Origin: Pasteurella multocida
GTDB taxonomy: Bacteria > Pseudomonadota > Gammaproteobacteria > Enterobacterales > Pasteurellaceae
Reading direction: 5' to 3'
Assembly (NCBI RefSeq): GCF_900187275.1
Contig: NZ_LT906458.1
Span: 450,001 to 482,000, forward strand
Length of the DNA stretch: 32,000 nucleotides
In this document: one piece after another, positions 31,951 to 32,000 of the stretch
Position numbering within the stretch: position 1 is the first letter of the stretch
Layout of the letters: the number at the start of each line of letters is the position of its first letter
Program-made: the position numbers and the translations under genes
Notes under the pieces: generated by a model
The model's database searches: none
Told to the model about the DNA's origin: nothing
The model's input: only the letters and a program-made list of their open reading frames with translations

Positions 31951-32000
31951 GGTTTTCTCTTAACATTTAGTCATCGTAACAAAAAAGACAAGGATGTAAC

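Overview
This window is a conserved chromosomal (core) region of a Pasteurellaceae genome. Evidence for the family: 10 perfect Hin-type uptake signal sequence cores (AAGTGCGGT), about 40% GC by eye, and a 16S sequence whose variable regions look Pasteurella-like to me (from memory, unverified). Nearly every gene is a recognisable orthologue of an E. coli housekeeping gene. In order they are: mrcB' / yacL / erpA (-), map, glnD (+), a DMT transporter and hemL (-), wecA and wzzE (+). Next comes a complete rRNA operon: tRNA-Arg/His/Pro, 16S, tRNA-Ile, tRNA-Ala, 23S, 5S and a terminator. After it come lysO (-), ybjD (OLD-family nuclease), dinB with a perfect LexA box, htpX, epmC, yadG and yadH (+). 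A TAXI-type TRAP transporter operon follows, ending in a universal stress protein. The last genes are ppnN, queF and a Zn-ribbon protein of unknown function (-), then yqcC, truC, yoaH and cspD (+). I see no CRISPR array, no IS element or integrase, no prophage and no obvious defence island. Many ORF-track starts are over-extended, so I moved them to the conserved internal start codons. One real small gene (yoaH, 54 aa) falls below the track's size cut-off. The most noteworthy observations are modest. Three tRNA genes are wedged between the promoter and the boxA leader of the rrn operon. A stand-alone OLD-family ATPase-nuclease lies directly against the SOS box of dinB. A wecA-wzzE pair is cut off from the rest of an ECA cluster, with a shortened WzzE. 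An uncharacterised Zn-ribbon protein appears co-transcribed with queF-ppnN. A 550-bp region after the rrn terminator has no assignable function. I cannot support a clearly novel multi-gene system in this window.
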